Source: an uncultured archaeon (lineage in GTDB: Archaea; Halobacteriota; Halobacteria; Halobacteriales; Haloferacaceae). From it: DNA of 59,584 bases. Positions 38,414-46,974 of the stretch are shown piece after piece. The DNA lies in NCBI GenBank assembly GCA_937138675.1, contig CAKZPG010000096.1, positions 1-59,584 on the forward strand, written 5' to 3'. A program made the translations under genes and the position numbers. Within the stretch, counting starts at the first letter, position 1. Every line of letters begins with the position of its first letter. Under the pieces are notes generated by a model, which saw only the letters and a program-made list of their open reading frames with translations, did no database searches and was not told the DNA's origin.

Positions 38414-39310
38414 ATGCGCAATCTCGCCATACCCGACGCCGTCGTCCTCGATATCGACGGTGTCCTCGTGGACGTGGCCGACTCCTACCGCCGGGCGATA
38501 GTCGAGACGGTCGTCCGCGAACACGGCCTCGCCGCCGACCTCGCGCGGGCAACGGTTCAGCCGCTGAAGAATGCGGGCGGGTTCAACAACGACTGGGTCG
38601 TCACCGACGCGATCGCACTCTACACTCTGGCGCGCGACCGGGGCTACGACACAGTTCCCGAGGCGTTCGCGGACGACGTGGCACGGGCAGGCGGCGGCCT
38701 CACTGGCGTGCGGGCGGTCCTCGCCGACGCTGTCGGCACCAAGGTAGAGGCAGACTGGGACCCCGACCGACTGCGTGCAGTCTTTCAGTCACTCTACCTT
38801 GGAAGCGAGCGATATCGCGAGTTCGAGGGCGGCGATCCGCCCCTCGACGCGTCGGGCTACATCGAGGACGAACCCGCACTCATCGACGCCGAGACGGTCG
38901 CGGCCCTCCGTGAGCTGGCCGACCTTGCGGCTCTCACAGGCCGGCCCGCGCAGGAGGCCGAGGTGGCGCTCTCGCGGGTCGGCCTCGGCGACCTCCCACC
39001 CGAACGCCGCGTGACGATGGACGGCGACCTGCCGGGCAAACCCGACCCTGCGGGGCTCGTCGCGCTGGCCGAGCGACTCGACGCCCGGTCGGTCCTGTTC
39101 GCAGGCGACACACTTGACGACGTGCGGACCGCCGTTGCAGCCGGCGAGACGGACTCCACCCGGACCTACCGCGGCGTCGGCGTCCTGACCGGCGGGCTGA
39201 CCGGCGAGTCGGGCCGCACGAAGTACAAAGACGCCGGCGCGTGGCGGGTGGTCGAGAGCGTGAACGACCTGCCGGGGCTCGTCGAGCGAACGACGAACAC
39301 GAACGCTTAG
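38414..39310 (+). CDS. HAD-superfamily hydrolase
   Basis: ATG 38414 ([21 protein letters not shown]...) gives 298 aa. HAD motif I DIDGV and motif IV-like FAGDTLDDV. Confidence 0.78.
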   Translation: MRNLAIPDAVVLDIDGVLVDVADSYRRAIVETVVREHGLAADLARATVQPLKNAGGFNNDWVVTDAIALYTLARDRGYDTVPEAFADDVARAGGGLTGVRAVLADAVGTKVEADWDPDRLRAVFQSLYLGSERYREFEGGDPPLDASGYIEDEPALIDAETVAALRELADLAALTGRPAQEAEVALSRVGLGDLPPERRVTMDGDLPGKPDPAGLVALAERLDARSVLFAGDTLDDVRTAVAAGETDSTRTYRGVGVLTGGLTGESGRTKYKDAGAWRVVESVNDLPGLVERTTNTNA

Positions 39311-39334
39311 GAAGCGCGCGCCCAGCCGTGTCCT

Positions 39335-40003
39335 ATGCGCGTTGCGATACTCGGTGGCACCGGCGACATAGGCGAGGGACTGGCGCTCCGGTGGGGCGCG
39401 GACACGGACCACGCGGTGGTCGTGGGCTCGCGCGACCCGGAGAAGGCAACAGCGGCGGCGACTGACTACCGCGACCGCCTCGCCGACCGGGGCCATGAGG
39501 CGACGGTGGAGAGCGCAGCGAACGGAGTGGCGGCCGCGGACGCGGACGTCGTCATTCTCGCCGTCCCGCCCTACCACGTTGGCGATACGGTCGAGACTGT
39601 GGCCGACGACCTGCCCGAGGACGCGGTTCTCGTCTCCCCGGCGACGGGAATGAAACGCGACGAGGACGGCTTTCACTACCACCGCCCGGGCGCCGGGTCG
39701 GTCACACGCGTCGCTGTCGACGCCGCGCCCGACGACATCCCGGTTGTCGGCTGCTTTCACAATCTCGCGGCGGGCCGACTCGCCGACTTGGACGCCGACC
39801 TTGGGGTCGATACCTTGGTTGTCGCCGACGATGACGCCGCGCGCGAGACAGTGACCGACCTGGCCGAGTCGATCGAGGGGCTTCGCGCTCTCGACGCTGG
39901 CCCGATCGCAAACGCGGCGGAGATCGAGAGCCTCACGCCGCTGCTGATCAATCTCGCGATGAACAACGCGGGTCTCCACGACCTCGGCGTCCGCTTCGAC
40001 TAG
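39335..40003 (+). CDS. npdG: NADPH-dependent F420 reductase-like oxidoreductase
   Basis: 222 aa. MRVAILGGTGDIGEGLALRW Rossmann start. Family resemblance by eye. Confidence 0.7.
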   Translation: MRVAILGGTGDIGEGLALRWGADTDHAVVVGSRDPEKATAAATDYRDRLADRGHEATVESAANGVAAADADVVILAVPPYHVGDTVETVADDLPEDAVLVSPATGMKRDEDGFHYHRPGAGSVTRVAVDAAPDDIPVVGCFHNLAAGRLADLDADLGVDTLVVADDDAARETVTDLAESIEGLRALDAGPIANAAEIESLTPLLINLAMNNAGLHDLGVRFD

Positions 40004-40296
40004 CGGCTGTCGAGCTCGTCGCGCAGTTCCGATAGGTCTCTGTCGTGGGCCGCGAAGAGGACGAACAGATGGTAGACGAGGTCGGCGGATTCGGCGACGA
40101 GAGCGTCGTCGTCGCCGTCCTTCGCGGCGAGGATCACCTCGGTCGTCTCCTCTCCCAGTTTCTCTAAAATCGCGTTCTCTCCCTTGTCGTGGGTGAACAG
40201 TGACGCGGTGTACGACCCCTCCGGGAGATCGTCACGGCGCTGTTCGATCACGTCGAACAGATCGTCGAGGACGTCTGTTGGCTCCCCGTCGCCCAC
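40000..40296 (-). CDS. hisE: Phosphoribosyl-ATP pyrophosphatase
   Basis: The ORF runs 40000..40308 from a TTG. The in-frame GTG at 40296 avoids overlap with secG and gives 98 aa. SYTASLF...LEKLGEETTEVILAAK...ESADLVYHLFVL is typical HisE. Confidence 0.85.
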   Translation of the reverse strand: MGDGEPTDVLDDLFDVIEQRRDDLPEGSYTASLFTHDKGENAILEKLGEETTEVILAAKDGDDDALVAESADLVYHLFVLFAAHDRDLSELRDELDSR

Positions 40297-40297
40297 G

Positions 40298-40462
40298 CTA
40301 GATTGCAACGACGTTCAGGACCTGAACCCCGACCCCGAACAGCGCACCGAACGCGACGACCGACCGCGGGTCGAGACGGATGGTGTTCCGGTCCTCGGCG
40401 TCAAAGTACCTGACGAGTCCGGCACTGGACATCAGCCCGCCAGAATTCTGACCACTGCTCAT
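40298..40462 (-). CDS. secG: Preprotein translocase subunit Sec61-beta
   Basis: ATG 40462 gives 54 aa: [54 protein letters not shown]. This is a tail-anchored TM protein, the classic archaeal Sec61-beta pattern. Confidence 0.88.
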   Translation of the reverse strand: MSSGQNSGGLMSSAGLVRYFDAEDRNTIRLDPRSVVAFGALFGVGVQVLNVVAI

Positions 40463-40562
40463 AAATAAGACACTGGCGCTCAGCACAAGGACCTTTCGCT
40501 CTGCGCGCCGCGCGTCCCCGCGGGAAACCCTTTTGCCGTCCGCCCGGATATTTGGGGACAGG

Positions 40563-40841
40563 ATGACTGTTCGACTCAAAGACTTCTACGCAGACTGGTG
40601 TGGCCCCTGTAAGACCCAGGACCCGATCCTTGAGGAGGTCGCGGAGGACTTCCCGGACGTCGAGTTCGAGAAGGTCGACGTCGACCAGAATCAGGAGGTC
40701 GCGAACCAGTACTCCGTTCGCTCGCTCCCGACGCTCGTTGTAGAGGACGGCGAGGGCGAGGTTGAGCGGTTCATCGGTGTCACCCAACGCGAACAGATAG
40801 TCGACGCGCTTCAGAAGGCCGGCGCGACGGCTTCGGCCTAA
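40563..40841 (+). CDS. trxA: Thioredoxin
   Basis: ATG 40563 ([17 protein letters not shown]...) gives 92 aa with a WCGPC active site. Confidence 0.92.
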   Translation: MTVRLKDFYADWCGPCKTQDPILEEVAEDFPDVEFEKVDVDQNQEVANQYSVRSLPTLVVEDGEGEVERFIGVTQREQIVDALQKAGATASA

Positions 40842-40843
40842 CG

Positions 40844-42013
40844 TCAATCCGCGGCCGCTGGCTCAGCCCGTTCTTCAGAACCCTCCGACGACTCAAGTGG
40901 CGTCCGCTCGACGACTGTCCCATTGTACGTGGGATACTGCTCGACAATCTCGCCGCGCGGAAGGTCCCCCTCTTCGACCATCTCCTCGAGCAGCCACCAC
41001 GCCAGCTCGACGTGTTCCGACTTCACCGCGTAGTACTCCGCTGGTACGCCCAACTCACGGAGCCGGGTCTCCGAACACCACGTCTTGCCGTAGACGAGCG
41101 TCCCGTCGTCTGTCGTCTCGTCGAACGACCGCCGTACGTTCTGGGCCATCCGTTTCAGCCGGTTGCGGTGCTGGGCGGCGTCTTTGAACACACTCGTACA
41201 GAAGTAGACCTTTGAATGGGTCGCCATCTCCTCCAGAATCTCGTCGTTCGCGCCGTCGACCGCCGACATATGTCCGTCGCGGAGCTCGTAGCCCGCCTCC
41301 TGCATCCGGCGGTAGTTCCCCTGGCTCATCTCGAACTCATTTATATTGACGAAGTCGGCGGCACCCTCGTCAACGAACTCGACGAACTCTCGCTCGGGCC
41401 GGATACCGGGAATCTCGAACGCCGGGGTAAGACCCTCTTCGCGCGCGATCTCAAGGATCTCCTCCCACTCGGTGCCGTGGAGGTCGCCCCACTGCTCGTA
41501 GGGGGGGTGGAAGCGTATCTCGTCAAGGCCGGCCTCGCTGAGGCGGCGCATGTTCTCGCGCCCGCCAGTGATGCCGGTGTAGAGGTGAGTGTGGTGGTTC
41601 TCGCCGAACTCATCTTTAAGGAGCGAAAGATACCGACAGGTGCGCTCCATCGCCTCCTGCGGTTCGCCGCCGGTGATGGAGGTCCCCAGCGCGTCCATGC
41701 GTCTCGCCTCTCCGAGGACGTCTGCGTCGCTCTCAACGGGTCGCTCGTTCGCGTACACCTGCTTGACGTTCTTGCGGTTCTCGCCGAGCGGGCAATAAAA
41801 GCAGTCGCGCTGGTCGCAGTAGCCGTAGACGAACAGGACCATCTTCCCGCCCTCGGCGCACTGTTCGCAGCCCTTCGATATCACTACCTCACCATCTCGG
41901 GTCGAGTGACAAAAGCCGCGTGGTTCGGAGAGCGTGACGCCCGCGCCAGTCCTCTCTCCCCGCCTCGGTCCCGTTGTCGTTTGGGTCTCCCGAAAGTGTT
42001 TATCGGACCACAA
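40844..42013 (-). CDS. Radical SAM-like protein (pyruvate formate-lyase-activase-related family), start uncertain
   Basis: The ORF starts at TTG 42013. No ATG occurs before codon 58. Alternative starts are GTG 41884 and ATG 41842. Cluster motif YGYCDQRDCFYCP, plus an N-terminal CHS...CEQC motif and GGEP. Confidence 0.75.
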   Translation of the reverse strand: MWSDKHFRETQTTTGPRRGERTGAGVTLSEPRGFCHSTRDGEVVISKGCEQCAEGGKMVLFVYGYCDQRDCFYCPLGENRKNVKQVYANERPVESDADVLGEARRMDALGTSITGGEPQEAMERTCRYLSLLKDEFGENHHTHLYTGITGGRENMRRLSEAGLDEIRFHPPYEQWGDLHGTEWEEILEIAREEGLTPAFEIPGIRPEREFVEFVDEGAADFVNINEFEMSQGNYRRMQEAGYELRDGHMSAVDGANDEILEEMATHSKVYFCTSVFKDAAQHRNRLKRMAQNVRRSFDETTDDGTLVYGKTWCSETRLRELGVPAEYYAVKSEHVELAWWLLEEMVEEGDLPRGEIVEQYPTYNGTVVERTPLESSEGSEERAEPAAAD

Positions 42014-42027
42014 CCTAGCTCAGATCG

Positions 42028-43134
42028 ATGCTGTTGGTCCTTTGTGTGGACCTCGACGATGATCTCGGCCGCAAGACCGGCCGTGAGACCCCCGTCGTCG
42101 GGCGCAAGTCTGTCGCGGCGGCGGCCTCGGAACTGGCCGTCGCGGACCCGGAGGACTCTGACGTGAACGTTCTGTTTCAGGGCGTACGTGTCTACGACGA
42201 TCTCGGCGAGAGTGAGCGTCAGGCAGTCGAGATCGCGGCGATCACGGGGACACAGGGCGGCGACGTCCAAGCCAACCGTGCGCTCGGCGACGAGGTCGAC
42301 ACCGTTCTCGCCAGTCTTTCGACCGGCGAGTCGGTGAGCGCGGTCGTGATCACCGACGGCGCACAGGACGAGTCGACGCTGCCGGTGATCCGATCGCGCG
42401 TCCCCATCGACAGCGTGCGTCGGGTCGTCGTCCGGCAGGCTCAGGACTTAGAGTCTATCTATTACACGATGAAGCAGGTGCTGGCCGACCCAGAGACGCG
42501 CGGGACGATCCTCGTCCCACTCGGCATACTCTTGCTCATCTATCCGGCAGCGACGCTCGCGAGCCTGTTCGACGTACCCGGGGCGGTCCTCCTCGGCGTC
42601 CTCTCTGCGATGCTTGGCCTCTACACGCTCTTTCGTGGCCTAGGGCTGGAGCGGTCCATCGACGGAACCGCCGAACGGGCGCGCCGCCTGCTGTACACTG
42701 GCCGGGTGACGCTCGTCACCTACGTCGTCGCGGCGGCGCTGATGGTCGTCGGCGGGGTCCAGGGCGTCTCGCTTCTGGAGACTGCCGGCCCGACGGTTGC
42801 GGGCGACCCAGCGCTCGCGGTCGCGTCGTTCGTTCACGGCGCAGTCCGGTGGTTTGCGGCTGCTGGCGTCACGTCAAGTCTGGGGCAGGTAACCGACGAG
42901 TACCTGAACGATAGTTTCGAGTGGCGCTACCTCAACGCGCCGTTCTACGTTCTCGCCATTGCGCTCGTCCTCTTCGCGCTGACGGGCTACTTTCTGCCTG
43001 TCGCGCCGGGTGTGACGACGCTCTCGCTCGCCGACCTCGCCTTCGGCCTGACGGCAGGGACGCTTCTCGGCGTTCTCTCAACGCTCGGCTTCGCGGTCGC
43101 AGAATCGCGCTACCCGACGGTGGGCGGCGCCTAG
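42028..43134 (+). CDS. DUF373-type polytopic membrane protein
   Basis: 368 aa. The soluble N-terminal domain starts MLLVLCVDLDDDLGRKTG. The C-terminal half has about 6 TM spans. Confidence 0.65.
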   Translation: MLLVLCVDLDDDLGRKTGRETPVVGRKSVAAAASELAVADPEDSDVNVLFQGVRVYDDLGESERQAVEIAAITGTQGGDVQANRALGDEVDTVLASLSTGESVSAVVITDGAQDESTLPVIRSRVPIDSVRRVVVRQAQDLESIYYTMKQVLADPETRGTILVPLGILLLIYPAATLASLFDVPGAVLLGVLSAMLGLYTLFRGLGLERSIDGTAERARRLLYTGRVTLVTYVVAAALMVVGGVQGVSLLETAGPTVAGDPALAVASFVHGAVRWFAAAGVTSSLGQVTDEYLNDSFEWRYLNAPFYVLAIALVLFALTGYFLPVAPGVTTLSLADLAFGLTAGTLLGVLSTLGFAVAESRYPTVGGA

Positions 43135-43973
43135 CGCTCCCGGACGACGACAAACTCAGCGAGATCGCGCAGGTAGCCGCCAGCCTCACGATCCACCACC
43201 TCGGCGGCGTCGAGAGCGGCGAGGGCGTCGTCGGCCCGCGAGCGCGCGCGACTGTCGGCCTCCTCGGGCGCGAGTTCGGTCACCCGCACGACCGAGGGGC
43301 GGTCGACTGCCTCGTCCTGTCCCGTTGGCTTCCCGAGGTCGCCCGCCTGTGCGGTTGCGTCCAACACGTCGTCGCGGATCTGGAAGGCAACTCCGACTCC
43401 CTCAGCGTAGTCGCCGAACGACTCGACGGTGTAGGGGTCGGCGTCGCCGGCGATAGCGCCGAGTTCGGCTGCAGCACGGAAGAGCGCGCCCGTTTTTCGG
43501 CGTGCAAGCGTCATATATTCCGCCTCGTTCGTCGGCCGGGCGACGAGTTCGGAGGCCTCGCCCTCGCCGAGTTCGACCATCGCGTCGGCCGCGACCCGCA
43601 TCGCGCGCTCGTCGGCGGAGAAGAGAGCGAAAGCCTCGCCGAGAAGGCCGTCGGAGGCAACGATTGCCGAGCCGTGATCGTAAGCGCTCCATGCGCTTTC
43701 GGTGCCACGTCGGACATCGGAGCGGTCGATGATGTCGTCGACGACGAGCGATGCGCTGTGAACGAGTTCGATGCCGACCGCGAAGTCCACCGCCTCCTCG
43801 GACATCCCGCCGACAGCCTCGCAGGCGAGAATGGTCACCGCCGGGCGGACACGCTTGCCCCCAGAAAGCGCGACGTGGTCGACCTGGTCGCGGAGCCGGT
43901 CGGGTTCGACGGACTCGACCACCTCCGTTAGGCGCTCCTCAACCAGCGCTACCCGACGCTCCAGGTACTCCAT
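43131..43973 (-). CDS. idsA: Short-chain (geranylgeranyl/farnesyl) diphosphate synthase
   Basis: 280 aa. First Asp-rich motif LVVDDIID and second FQIRDDVLD. GGKRVRP. Confidence 0.92.
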   Translation of the reverse strand: MEYLERRVALVEERLTEVVESVEPDRLRDQVDHVALSGGKRVRPAVTILACEAVGGMSEEAVDFAVGIELVHSASLVVDDIIDRSDVRRGTESAWSAYDHGSAIVASDGLLGEAFALFSADERAMRVAADAMVELGEGEASELVARPTNEAEYMTLARRKTGALFRAAAELGAIAGDADPYTVESFGDYAEGVGVAFQIRDDVLDATAQAGDLGKPTGQDEAVDRPSVVRVTELAPEEADSRARSRADDALAALDAAEVVDREAGGYLRDLAEFVVVRER

Positions 43974-44022
43974 CTGGCAATACGAAGCACCGGTGGGGCA
44001 AGTACGTGACGGAACTCGGCGG

Positions 44023-45141
44023 TTACTCTTCGCTGTCGGGCAGGGAAATGAGGTTCTCGCGGCCGAGACGGAGCTTCTCTATCCGATTCTCGTCTGCCAT
44101 CGACGACAGCAGCTGTGACACCTTCGCGTCTGACCACCCCGTCTCGTCGACAATGGCTGCCTGCTTCATCCGGCCGTCGTTGCGCTCCAGCAGGCGCTCG
44201 ACCCGCTCGCCGTCTGAGAGGAGCTCTGGGTCGACGTCCGGCTCGTCTGGCTCCTCCGGCTCCAGCCCGGTCTCGGCCTTGACCCCGGTCTCTGGCTCCT
44301 GCTCCGGCTCCGGCTCTGTCTCGCCGGTCGCCCCGCCGTTGGCATCGTCCGGCGACTCGGCGGCGGGTGCGCCGTCACCCTGCCGTTCGCGGCGCATGTA
44401 GGCGGCCGCGGCGGCCAAGACAAGCACGACTGCGCCACCACCGAAAACACCCCACGGCACCCCCTGCTCTGGTGTGTCGGGCTCCGTTGGCTTGGTCTGT
44501 CGGTAGGTGACGGACAGGGGCTCGCCGAACTCGCGCGGGCCCTCGAACCGGACGGCGTTGTTGCGGATATCGAACGAGGGGCCCTCGGAATCGACAATAC
44601 TGTAACCCGGCGGCGTTCTGAGGACGAGCGTCTGGTCGGGTGTGAGCGAGCCGACCCACATCGACTCGTCGTCGACCCGGAGCGCCTCTTCGAGAATGAG
44701 TGTGTCGTTGCCGCTCGGGGTTAGGAAGTTCGTCCACCGGAACCGGACGGAGACAGAGCCGGTCGCCCCGTTCTCGCTACCTGTCCGCGTGACGTTCTTG
44801 ATCCGCATCTCCCGGTCGGTCGTCGCGGCGGCGACGAACGGGTCAACCCGCGGCCCTGCGTCCGTCTCGCCGGCCCGGTACGCCGCGGCGTAGTCCGCGA
44901 ACGCCTCGCGCTCATCGCTCGACTCCAGCACGTACCTCATTGTCACCGTCACGTCGGCGCTGGCGTTACCGTAGAGTGCAACTTCGATCGTCGTGTTCGC
45001 CGGTGCGTCAAGCCGAGCGACGTCGGAGCCGTTGGCGGCGTGGACCCGTGGGTCTTCCGCACTCGCCAAAGTTGGCGCGATCCCGGCGGCGAGAAGCGCC
45101 ACGACGACGAGGAGAGCCGTGAGACGCGGGGCGGTCCGCAT
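44023..45141 (-). CDS. Membrane-spanning protein with an extracytoplasmic domain, TM helix, acidic Pro/Glu linker and C-terminal winged-helix DNA-binding domain
   Basis: ATG 45141 (MRTAPRLTALLVVVALLAAGIAPTLASA...) gives 372 aa. Second TM GVFGGGAVVLVLAAAAAYM. Linker EPEPEQEPETGVKAETGLEPEEPDEPD. The C-terminal LSDGERVERLLERNDGRMKQAAIVDETGWSDAKVSQLLSSMADENRIEKLRLGRENL is wHTH-like. Confidence 0.7.
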   Translation of the reverse strand: MRTAPRLTALLVVVALLAAGIAPTLASAEDPRVHAANGSDVARLDAPANTTIEVALYGNASADVTVTMRYVLESSDEREAFADYAAAYRAGETDAGPRVDPFVAAATTDREMRIKNVTRTGSENGATGSVSVRFRWTNFLTPSGNDTLILEEALRVDDESMWVGSLTPDQTLVLRTPPGYSIVDSEGPSFDIRNNAVRFEGPREFGEPLSVTYRQTKPTEPDTPEQGVPWGVFGGGAVVLVLAAAAAYMRRERQGDGAPAAESPDDANGGATGETEPEPEQEPETGVKAETGLEPEEPDEPDVDPELLSDGERVERLLERNDGRMKQAAIVDETGWSDAKVSQLLSSMADENRIEKLRLGRENLISLPDSEE

Positions 45142-45248
45142 CGCCAAAGAGTTTCATTGGCCGATGAAAACGCTTTCCATCAGGGCTCTGTCGGTCGAAT
45201 TCCCCGCCGACCCTTTTTTCAACGCGGACGCTGTACCGATGTGTCAGT

Positions 45249-46493
45249 ATGCGTGCCCTCCACCTATTTATCGCGGCGCTTCTCGCCGTCGCAGTCGTCA
45301 CCGTCCCCATCGGCGCGACGACGACTGTCACCGCGCCTACGTCACAGGGTCACGTCGTCCCCCCCTCAGACGCCGCCCCGCAGGTCGACGGGGGCGCGGC
45401 GCTTGAGGGCCCTGTTGAGGTGCTGGCGCTCGCCGAGGGTGTCGAGAACCGCTCGACGACCACCGAAACAACCCTCGACGTCGGGCCGGCGGTGTCGGTC
45501 GACGCGAACGCGTCGAGTCACGAACTGCTTACTCGACATGCTATTGCTCGCGTGCGCAACGCCGACGACCCCGACGCCGCCCTCGTGGACGAACTTTCGC
45601 GGCTGGAGGCTCAGGCCGACACACTCGGCCGATCACAGCGTGCGGCGCTCGGCGCGTTCAGTGCCAGCGAAACCGACTCCCGGACGACGCTTCGACGCCT
45701 GATACGGATCGACCGGACCGCACGGGCGCTGGACGACCGCCGGACGAGCGTCGCCGCCGCTGCCCGCGCCCGCGACGCCGACGTGCCGACCGAGCGCTCG
45801 GAGATGCTCCGGCGCGAACTCGCTATCTACACCGGCCCGGTTCGGGCGCGTCTTGCGGCTGCGCTCCGCGGCGAGGCGCCGCCGACACGGGCCTTCCTCT
45901 CGACGACCCCCCGCGGGGTGACACTCGCAACGGTCACCGAGTCGGGCTACGTCCGCGAGACCTATCGTGGCGAACTACGCCGGATCGGCGAGACATCGCT
46001 CAACCGCACGGCGGCTCAGGAGGTTGTGGCGCGCGCCTACCCGTCGGTCTGGGCAGCCAGACGCGCGGTCACCACGCAGCAGGCTGGCGCCTCGGAGGTG
46101 CGCGTGACATACGACGGCGGCGACCTCGCAACGACGATCGGCTCCGGCAACGCCCGGGTGTTCCAGGACGTCCACCGCCAGTCGCTCGGGGTCGCGGGTA
46201 CCGATACGACTGCGATCAACACCCGCGACGGCCTCCAGATGATCGTCAACCGCTCGTACGCCGGCGGGCCGATGCGTGTCCGGGTCCAGACTGTCGACGG
46301 CGCCCCGGTGAACGCGAGTGTCACTGTCGGCCCCGAGGGCGGCGATAGCGCCCCGGTCGGCCGGACCGGGCCGGACGGCGAGCAGTGGACGCTCACGCCC
46401 GCCGAGCGGTTCACGGTCGTCGCGATCCGGGGCCAATCGGTCGTGTTCATCACGATGGGTCCGGTCGAGACGCCACAGCCTGCCGAGGGCTGA
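45249..46493 (+). CDS. Secreted or cell-surface protein of unknown function
   Basis: 414 aa. Signal-like N-terminus MRALHLFIAALLAVAVVTVPIGA. Helical middle region. The C-terminal segment VRVQTVDGAPVNASVTVGPEGG...TGPDGEQWTL resembles a carboxypeptidase-regulatory/Big-like beta domain. Confidence 0.65.
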   Translation: MRALHLFIAALLAVAVVTVPIGATTTVTAPTSQGHVVPPSDAAPQVDGGAALEGPVEVLALAEGVENRSTTTETTLDVGPAVSVDANASSHELLTRHAIARVRNADDPDAALVDELSRLEAQADTLGRSQRAALGAFSASETDSRTTLRRLIRIDRTARALDDRRTSVAAAARARDADVPTERSEMLRRELAIYTGPVRARLAAALRGEAPPTRAFLSTTPRGVTLATVTESGYVRETYRGELRRIGETSLNRTAAQEVVARAYPSVWAARRAVTTQQAGASEVRVTYDGGDLATTIGSGNARVFQDVHRQSLGVAGTDTTAINTRDGLQMIVNRSYAGGPMRVRVQTVDGAPVNASVTVGPEGGDSAPVGRTGPDGEQWTLTPAERFTVVAIRGQSVVFITMGPVETPQPAEG

Positions 46494-46789
46494 GGACCCG
46501 TTCTGGACGGCGGAGTCACCCCCGCCGTGGAAGCGTCTCCTCGCCCTCGCAGCTCCCGTCGGAACCTCCCTGACTGCGCGCTGCGGGCGGCGCGGATACT
46601 CCTGGGTCGGCTTCATCCACACACGTAAACGGGTGTGCTTTCGCCTTGCCACCGCTGTAATGCCGCGACCACCGGTCTCGGGCTTACGCACCCTGTCGGC
46701 GACACCGTCGACGTCCGGGCTGTCGAGTTGCGGACCACGGTTGAGGGGCGGCCACTTCGCCACCAGCTACCGACGCTCTCTCGTCCGAG

Positions 46790-46821
46790 CAGGGGTTTCA
46801 TTCGGAGTTGATGAAACCCTG
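46790..46821. other. Strong stem-loop: 11-bp stem with a 1-nt bulge and a 9-nt loop
   Basis: CAGGGGTTTCAT-tcggagttg-ATGAAACCCTG, read directly. It lies in the middle of the ORF-free block 46494-46985. Confidence 0.8.
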
Positions 46822-46934
46822 ACCCACGCCGCGGACCCGCGGTGGCCGGCGGGCGAGCACGACTTCGGGTCGGCGGGACGAGCCTACCGCTCTCGGAACT
46901 GGGCAAGCGGTGACCGTTCGCTCATGACCGGCAG

Positions 46935-46974
46935 AAAACAGCTGGCGCAGGTGAGCGTGCGCCTGCGGCAGGCG
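46935..46974 (-). terminator. Two GC hairpins followed by T4 downstream of the methyltransferase gene
   Basis: The minus strand after the stop reads GCCTG-CCG-CAGGC, then GGCGCA-cgctcacc-TGCGCC, then AGCTGTTTTCTG (T4 = 46935-46938 on the plus-strand scale). Confidence 0.5.

Noticed and set aside
44200-44340. Repetitive GGCTCC/GGCTCT/CCGG-rich DNA inside the membrane wHTH gene.
   Set aside because: It is in-frame low-complexity coding sequence for the Pro/Glu acidic linker (EPEPEQEPETG...EPEEPDEPD), not an independent repeat element.
46807-46821. TGATGA ... CTGA, resembling C and D boxes of a C/D sRNA.
   Set aside because: Only 4 nt separate the two boxes, there is no second box pair, and the sequence is simply the 3' arm of the 46790-46821 hairpin.
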